18,628 bases of DNA from the NCBI GenBank assembly GCA_965612795.1, contig CBFDTI010000023.1, forward strand, positions 1 to 18,628, given 5' to 3'. Under the pieces are notes generated by a model. It had not been told where the DNA came from, searched no databases, and saw only the letters and a program-made list of their open reading frames with translations. Below, one piece after another: positions 10,686 through 18,628 of the stretch; position 1 is the first letter of the stretch; every line of letters starts with the position of its first letter. Both the position numbers and the translations under genes were made by a program. The stretch is from an uncultured bacterium. GTDB taxonomy: Bacteria > Hydrothermota > UBA3073 > NMUJ01.

Positions 10686-10717
10686 AACCCTCCCCCGACG
10701 GGGGAGGGTTTTATTTT
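10686..10717 (+). terminator. Rho-independent terminator
   Basis: Perfect 11-bp stem AACCCTCCCCC-gac-GGGGGAGGGTT followed by TTATTTT. Confidence 0.85.
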
Positions 10718-10722
10718 AGGTA

Positions 10723-11254
10723 ATGAAACAAGAGGTGCCGTTAAAACATAGTTTACGACTAATAAACAATGGGCCTGTCGTTCTTGTAACTTCACGTTAT
10801 AAAGGTAAAGACAATATAATAACGATTGCATGGTGTTCGCCAGTAAGCCATGAACCACCCGCCCTCGCTATAGCGGTGAAGAAAACACGCTTTTCGTATG
10901 GATTGATAAAAGGAGCAGGTGCGTTCGTTGTCAATATACCTGATATAAAGTTACTCGATAAGGTGATTTTCTGTGGCAAACATTCAGGCAGCGAGGTAGA
11001 TAAGTTTGATGCATGTGGGTTCAGTAAATCACCCGCAAAGTACGTGAACGTACCGGTGATCGGTGAATGTGTTGCAAATATCGAATGTAGAGTGATGAAA
11101 GACATGGACTGTGACAGCCATACTATATTTATAGGTAAGATACTGTACGCGGTGGTAGAAGCGGGGTTATTTGCAGATCATTGGTTACTTGATAAGGTTA
11201 CGCTAATACATCATCTCGGTGGTAAGTATTACGAAAAGTCCGGCACGTCTATCA

Positions 11255-11262
<8 letters not shown>
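10723..11262 (+). CDS. Flavin reductase-like (flavoredoxin-type) FMN-binding protein
   Basis: GPVVLVTS, NIITIAW, FVVNIP, CGKHSG..DKF, ANIECRV and HTIFIGKI motifs. Confidence 0.88.
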
Positions 11263-14121
<2,859 letters not shown>

Positions 14122-14131
14122 CAGAAATTAA

Positions 14132-14158
14132 GTGATAAGAATAATCGGCGATTGTCAA
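14132..14158 (-). promoter_or_regulatory. Putative promoter of the yhhQ-tgt-MFS operon
   Basis: Minus-strand TTGACA at 14158-14153 and a weak -10 (TATCAC) at 14137-14132. No SD before the ATG. Confidence 0.4.
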
Positions 14159-14229
14159 CTTAAGAGATGACCAACGTTTAACCCATAACATACGATATGT
14201 AAAATACACCTACAATACCCCCCCCAATA

Positions 14230-14259
14230 TTGACAAATAGATAGCCATCTATATATTTT
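14230..14259 (+). promoter_or_regulatory. Promoter of the sdpR operon with a palindromic operator between -35 and -10
   Basis: TTGACA at 14230-14235. Inverted repeat ATAGAT-agcc-ATCTAT at 14237-14252. TATATT/TATTTT at 14252-14259. Confidence 0.7.
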
Positions 14260-14265
14260 ATTAAG

Positions 14266-14541
14266 ATGTTGACGTATGTGTTTAAGGCGTTGGGTGATCC
14301 CACCAGGCGCAGGATATTGGAGTTATTGCGTGATCGTGATCTTACGCCAACTGAGATATTACGTGAGTTAAATGTTACGCAACCTACGTTATCGCATCAT
14401 CTTGACATTTTGAAGCGTGCAAATCTTGTCACCAGTGAGCGTGAAGGTCAGTTCATAAGATATTCGCTGAACATGGGGGTGTTGGAGATGGCACTTAAGT
14501 ACATTATGGGGTTTTTGAGCAGGAGGGAAGATGGCGGATAA
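14266..14541 (+). CDS. sdpR: ArsR/SmtB family autorepressor, SdpR-like
   Basis: FKALGDPTRRRILELL, TQPTLSHHLDILKRANLV and REGQFIRYSLN. Directly precedes an SdpI-family gene. Confidence 0.88.
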   Translation: MLTYVFKALGDPTRRRILELLRDRDLTPTEILRELNVTQPTLSHHLDILKRANLVTSEREGQFIRYSLNMGVLEMALKYIMGFLSRREDGG

Positions 14542-15187
14542 GTGGAATTTACGGCGTGACATCATCCCGATAGGGTTGATAGTTGTAGCGATATGTTTGG
14601 CTTTTTATTACTATCCACGGTTACCGGCAACTATACCCGTACATTATAATGTAGAGGGTATACCGGACCGCTATGCAGGTAAGTTACAGGGTATTCTGTT
14701 CTTCCTCATTCTCCTACCTGCACTTTATCTATTGCTTACATTTGTGCCGTTTGTTGATCCCTTCAAACGTCGTGCATTACGTAAGTATAAAGTATTTCTT
14801 GTGATGCGTGATATATGTCTATTTTTCTTCTTCTATATTTATGTGTTAACACTCATAAGTGTAGCTGCGGGTAGGTTACATCCTACGGCGATACAAGTGG
14901 GTATAGGGTTACTTTTTGTACTTTTGGGTAACTACCTGCCAAAGTTACCACGTAACTTTTTCTTTGGAATAAGATGTCCATGGACTATAGCGTCTGAGGT
15001 TGTCTGGCGGCGCACACATATACTTGGGGGCTGGCTATTTGTTATTGGCGGGTCACTATTAATTTTACTGTCGTTGCTTAAGGTGCCGTTCACCATATTG
15101 CTCCCAATGATACTTGGCCCAATAGTGCTCGTATCTGCGATCATCTACCCGCTGTTACTTTACCGTAAGTTAGAGGAGCAGAAATGA
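14531..15187 (+). CDS. sdpI: SdpI family immunity membrane protein (DUF1648 + SdpI)
   Basis: YPRLPATIPVHYN, GNYLPKLPRNFFFGIRCPWTIASEVVWRRTH. SD AGGAGG lies within the 3' end of sdpR. Confidence 0.9.
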   Translation: MADKWNLRRDIIPIGLIVVAICLAFYYYPRLPATIPVHYNVEGIPDRYAGKLQGILFFLILLPALYLLLTFVPFVDPFKRRALRKYKVFLVMRDICLFFFFYIYVLTLISVAAGRLHPTAIQVGIGLLFVLLGNYLPKLPRNFFFGIRCPWTIASEVVWRRTHILGGWLFVIGGSLLILLSLLKVPFTILLPMILGPIVLVSAIIYPLLLYRKLEEQK

Positions 15188-16476
15188 TCGCATTTATCCT
15201 CATAAACTCGCTAGTACCGAACCCCTACGTAGATGTTCAGCAACTCAAAGCTGTAGAGTTTGTACAGCTACTTGTTGATGGCAGGTTTGACACTGCTTAT
15301 GAGATGTTTGACACCACAATGAAAGTGATGCTATCACGTGATAAACTTGCAACTATATGGACGGATCTCATTAACCAAGTAGGTAGTTACAAAGGTATTA
15401 TCCAAAGCCGATCCGAACCTATACAGGAGTATGAGGTCATCTACGTAACGTGTGCGTTTGACAAGATGGTGCTCGATGTGAAGGTTGTGCTTGACCAAGA
15501 ATCTAGGGTATCAGGGTTGTGGTTCTTGCCCTCAACCCAGCCGACCTATGAGATACCATCGTATGTGGATACCACAAGGTTTATTGAGGTCATTGATACC
15601 ATAGGTGTATCCGGATGGCGATTACCAGCTGTACTTACGATGCCGAAAAGTGGTACAAACCTACCCGCAGTTATACTGGTACATGGATCGGGGCCACACG
15701 ACTGGGATGAAACCATCGGCCCAAATAAACCATTTAAGGACTTAGCGTGGGGATTAGCCACCCGCGGTATAGCTGTGTTACGGTACAGTAAACGGACCTG
15801 GTACTATTCTACCGAAGTGCGGAACAGGTTGAAGGATTTCACAGTCAAGGATGAAGTCGTGGACGACGTGATAGCAGCGATCGATTTCGTCACAAACCAA
15901 GACAGGATAGACAGACACCGTATATTTGTGTTAGGACATAGCTTTGGTGGTATGTTAGCACCGAGGATTGCCACACAAGATACAGCCGTGCATGGTATAA
16001 TATTGATGGCAGCCAATAGTAGGGATCTGCTTACTCTTATGATAGAGCAGGTACATTATATTGCTGAATTGGATGGTAAACTTGATACCAACGAAATGCG
16101 AGAGATTGAAGAACTACAGAAGAAGGTTGATAGAATAAAGCGGTTGCAACTCAAACCCGACGAGATAGTATTGGGTGCATCAAAGGCTTACTGGCAGGAT
16201 CTATTGGACTATGAGCCTGTCGAAGTAGCTAAACAGCTGGATATACCCATATTGATACTACAGGGTGGTAGAGACTATCAGGTAACCATGGAGGATTTCA
16301 GACTATGGCAAACACTGGGTGATAAGCCAAATATAGAGTTTAAGCTATATCCGGGGCTTAACCATCTGTTCATGTACGGTGAGGGTAAATCGACACCTGA
16401 TGAGTACCTTCAGCCAGCTCATGTAGCGGAACAGGTTATCGAAGATATTGCAAATTGGATACACAGGATAGATTAA
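15184..16476 (+). CDS. Alpha/beta-hydrolase with an N-terminal DUF3887-like domain
   Basis: VHGSGPHDWDET, nucleophile elbow GHSFGG, QGGRDYQV (Asp) and GLNHLF (His). ATGA overlap with sdpI. Confidence 0.85.
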   Translation: MIAFILINSLVPNPYVDVQQLKAVEFVQLLVDGRFDTAYEMFDTTMKVMLSRDKLATIWTDLINQVGSYKGIIQSRSEPIQEYEVIYVTCAFDKMVLDVKVVLDQESRVSGLWFLPSTQPTYEIPSYVDTTRFIEVIDTIGVSGWRLPAVLTMPKSGTNLPAVILVHGSGPHDWDETIGPNKPFKDLAWGLATRGIAVLRYSKRTWYYSTEVRNRLKDFTVKDEVVDDVIAAIDFVTNQDRIDRHRIFVLGHSFGGMLAPRIATQDTAVHGIILMAANSRDLLTLMIEQVHYIAELDGKLDTNEMREIEELQKKVDRIKRLQLKPDEIVLGASKAYWQDLLDYEPVEVAKQLDIPILILQGGRDYQVTMEDFRLWQTLGDKPNIEFKLYPGLNHLFMYGEGKSTPDEYLQPAHVAEQVIEDIANWIHRID

Positions 16477-16483
16477 TGTAGAG

Positions 16484-17173
16484 ATGCGGATGATAGGACT
16501 TTTAGGTGGGCTCTCCTGGCATTCGACGCTTGAGTACTATCGGATCATAAACGACGAGATAGCCAAGAGGTTGGGAAGTAAGCATTCTGCACGCATTATA
16601 CTGTACAGCTTCGATTTCAACGAAATACATGAGCTACAGAGTAAGGGTGATTGGCGTACGATTGTAGATAAGTTCGTACATGCAGGTAAAGTGCTTGAGC
16701 ATGCAGGTGCAGAGGCCATCCTCATATGTGCTAACACAATGCATAAGGTAGCGGATGAAGTACAATCTGGGTTACGGGTAAAGCTTCTACACATATGTGA
16801 CGCAACAGCGAAGGCGATAAAGAGCAAAGGGTTGAGTAAGGTTGGCCTGCTGGGTACCAAGACCACAATGACGGATCCATTCTACAAGGAAAGGCTCGAA
16901 CGCCATGGTATAGCTGTGATCGTACCCAGCAATAACGATATTGTAACAGTAGATTCAATAATATTCGATGAATTAGTGAAGGGTATCATCAGTGACACAG
17001 CTCGTAGCAGGATGGTGCAAATCATCAACAACCTGGTAGAGGAGGGTGCGGAAGGCATCATACTGGGGTGTACTGAACTACCTCTGCTTATAGAGCAACA
17101 ACATGTATCGGTACCGTTGTTCGATACCCTACGGTTGCATGCGATGAGTGCGGTCAAATTTGCATTAGCATGA
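16484..17173 (+). CDS. Aspartate/glutamate racemase family protein (YgeA/RacX-like)
   Basis: IGLLGGLSWHST.EYYR, CANTMH, GLLGTKTTM and ILGCTELP. Both catalytic Cys residues are present. Confidence 0.92.
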   Translation: MRMIGLLGGLSWHSTLEYYRIINDEIAKRLGSKHSARIILYSFDFNEIHELQSKGDWRTIVDKFVHAGKVLEHAGAEAILICANTMHKVADEVQSGLRVKLLHICDATAKAIKSKGLSKVGLLGTKTTMTDPFYKERLERHGIAVIVPSNNDIVTVDSIIFDELVKGIISDTARSRMVQIINNLVEEGAEGIILGCTELPLLIEQQHVSVPLFDTLRLHAMSAVKFALA

Positions 17174-17269
17174 TATTTCTGTTTATCCTCAATGCAATAA
17201 TACAGAGAAAGGTTATCGACCTCGAAACCTCCTACCCTATACGCTATTGTAATGTTTGGGTGAGATCAC

Positions 17270-18076
17270 ATGGAGATCGTTAACGATTTACCGGAAGAAC
17301 TGTACCTAGAGTATGATGAGTTCCTTGCATACGTAGGGATTTATGATGATAAGCTACGTATAGAGCGATATAAGAAGTTTATTAAGAAACTGAACCCACG
17401 GGATAAGGTTTGCGTTGAAGCAGGTGCTGGGTATGGTGTATTTGCTGAGTTTATGTTGAAGCTGGGTGCAGGTAAGGTCTACGTGGTGGAAAGGAACAGG
17501 TTTATGCTCAACATTCTACGTGAGAAGTTTGGCAACAACTCACGTGTGGAGATAATAGGCTGCGATATAAAAGAGTTCGTACCAGAAGATGATATATATC
17601 TATTGGTGCACGATTTCTACGGCGCTATGTTGTACGATGAGGATCTACATGCGCTTGAGGAGCTTAAATTTAAGCCAGGTAATGTTTTGCCGGATGCAGG
17701 TAGGTTGATGGTCGCGGTTGTAAATGCGGATAATTACCTGGATACAGCAGTAAACCGAAAAGTTTTGGAGCAACTCAAAGGGGTATTGGTGACGGATCTA
17801 TTTGCTGTTAAAAATACTTTGGTTAAACAGCTGAAAGGGGTTGAAGTTTTACACTGGCATTATGAAAGTGGACTCAGAGGTGGTAGATTGGATATATCAA
17901 ACTATGAGGGTGACCTGCTTGTCTTCTGGGTGGAACTCGTACATGGAGGGCAACTTCTATGTCGTGCTGGTGAATGCTTCAACTGGCCACTTGTATGGAC
18001 ACCACGTGCAGGTGATGTGTTTGAGATAGGGTTTACAAAACGTGGAGCTGCACCATCTTTTAAGTGGATAAAATAG
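17270..18076 (+). CDS. Class I SAM-dependent methyltransferase, PRMT-like
   Basis: DKVCVEAGAGYG (motif I), GAGKVYVVE (post-I) and IIGCDI. Also carries PRMT-like DxxR, double-acid loop and KPG..LP motifs. Confidence 0.75.
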   Translation: MEIVNDLPEELYLEYDEFLAYVGIYDDKLRIERYKKFIKKLNPRDKVCVEAGAGYGVFAEFMLKLGAGKVYVVERNRFMLNILREKFGNNSRVEIIGCDIKEFVPEDDIYLLVHDFYGAMLYDEDLHALEELKFKPGNVLPDAGRLMVAVVNADNYLDTAVNRKVLEQLKGVLVTDLFAVKNTLVKQLKGVEVLHWHYESGLRGGRLDISNYEGDLLVFWVELVHGGQLLCRAGECFNWPLVWTPRAGDVFEIGFTKRGAAPSFKWIK

Positions 18077-18104
18077 TCCAATATATGAGAAAATAGGGGG
18101 TGTT

Positions 18105-18628
18105 ATGAAAAGGATTACCGCCATTTTAATGGGGTGCCTACCACTTATAATATGGGCGGATGGTGTGATAATACCAGGACCGGGTGTACCACCAAAGACG
18201 TATTTGGAGCTTATCGATCATCACGTTGAGATAAAAGTGATCAATAACATATGTAAGGTAGAGGTTACCGAAACTTTCTATAACCCCTACGAACGGCGGG
18301 TTGAAGGTGAGTACATATTCCCGTTACCACGTGGTGCGATGCCATCATACTTTGCGTTGATGATAGGTGATGTGGAGCTAAAGGGTGAGGTGTTGGAGCG
18401 TAACGAAGCAAGAAGGATCTACGAAGATATAGTACGTAGGATGCGTGACCCAGCATTACTCGAGTATTACGATTCGGACCTGTTTAGGGCAAAAGTATTC
18501 CCCATACCCCCCAAGACAGAACGTAGGGTGATATTCAAGTACGAGTATGAGTTACCGCGTGTGGGTGAGTTCTATGAGATAGAATATCCGTTTAAGATAG
18601 AGGGTATATCACCCAAACCCATAAAGGA
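18105..18628 (+). CDS. VIT (vault/inter-alpha-trypsin) domain protein with a signal peptide; partial, runs off the window
   Basis: Not in the ORF track. Translation begins MKRITAILMGCLPLIIWADGVIIP..., then TETFYNPYERRVEGEYIFPLP, KGEVLERNEARRIYEDIVRRMRDPALLEY and KVFPIPP. The frame stays open to the window end. SD AGGGGG upstream. Confidence 0.88.
   Translation, partial: MKRITAILMGCLPLIIWADGVIIPGPGVPPKTYLELIDHHVEIKVINNICKVEVTETFYNPYERRVEGEYIFPLPRGAMPSYFALMIGDVELKGEVLERNEARRIYEDIVRRMRDPALLEYYDSDLFRAKVFPIPPKTERRVIFKYEYELPRVGEFYEIEYPFKIEGISPKPIK

Noticed and set aside
14122..14229. preQ1 riboswitch upstream of yhhQ
   Set aside because: No P1 stem with a GGUUC-type loop and A-rich tail is visible on the minus strand, and the putative promoter leaves almost no leader. 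An Rfam scan would settle it.
17174..17210. Hairpin or terminator after the racemase
   Set aside because: The stem is AT-rich and bulged, with no U tract on the + strand.

Overview
A gene-dense bacterial chromosomal window, moderately AT-rich, with SD sites and TTGACA-type promoters. I saw no mobile element, CRISPR array or long repeat. Order of contents: tldD-pmbA; gap; an uncharacterised glycoside-hydrolase-like TIM barrel; a minus-strand pair (TPR-like protein and a 1073-aa membrane protein with a degenerate CPBP/Abi domain); apgM; tRNA-His(GTG) followed by a small membrane ORF and a terminator; a flavin reductase-family gene; a minus-strand queuosine-salvage operon (YhhQ/VUT transporter, tgt, MFS); an sdpR-sdpI-hydrolase-racemase operon with a palindromic operator; a SAM methyltransferase with PRMT-like motifs; and the 5' part of a secreted VIT-domain protein that is missing from the ORF track. 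The best leads are the PRMT-like methyltransferase, the internally duplicated and apparently inactive CPBP protein, and the MFS coupled to tgt near tRNA-His. All family calls come from motif recognition by eye, not from database searches.
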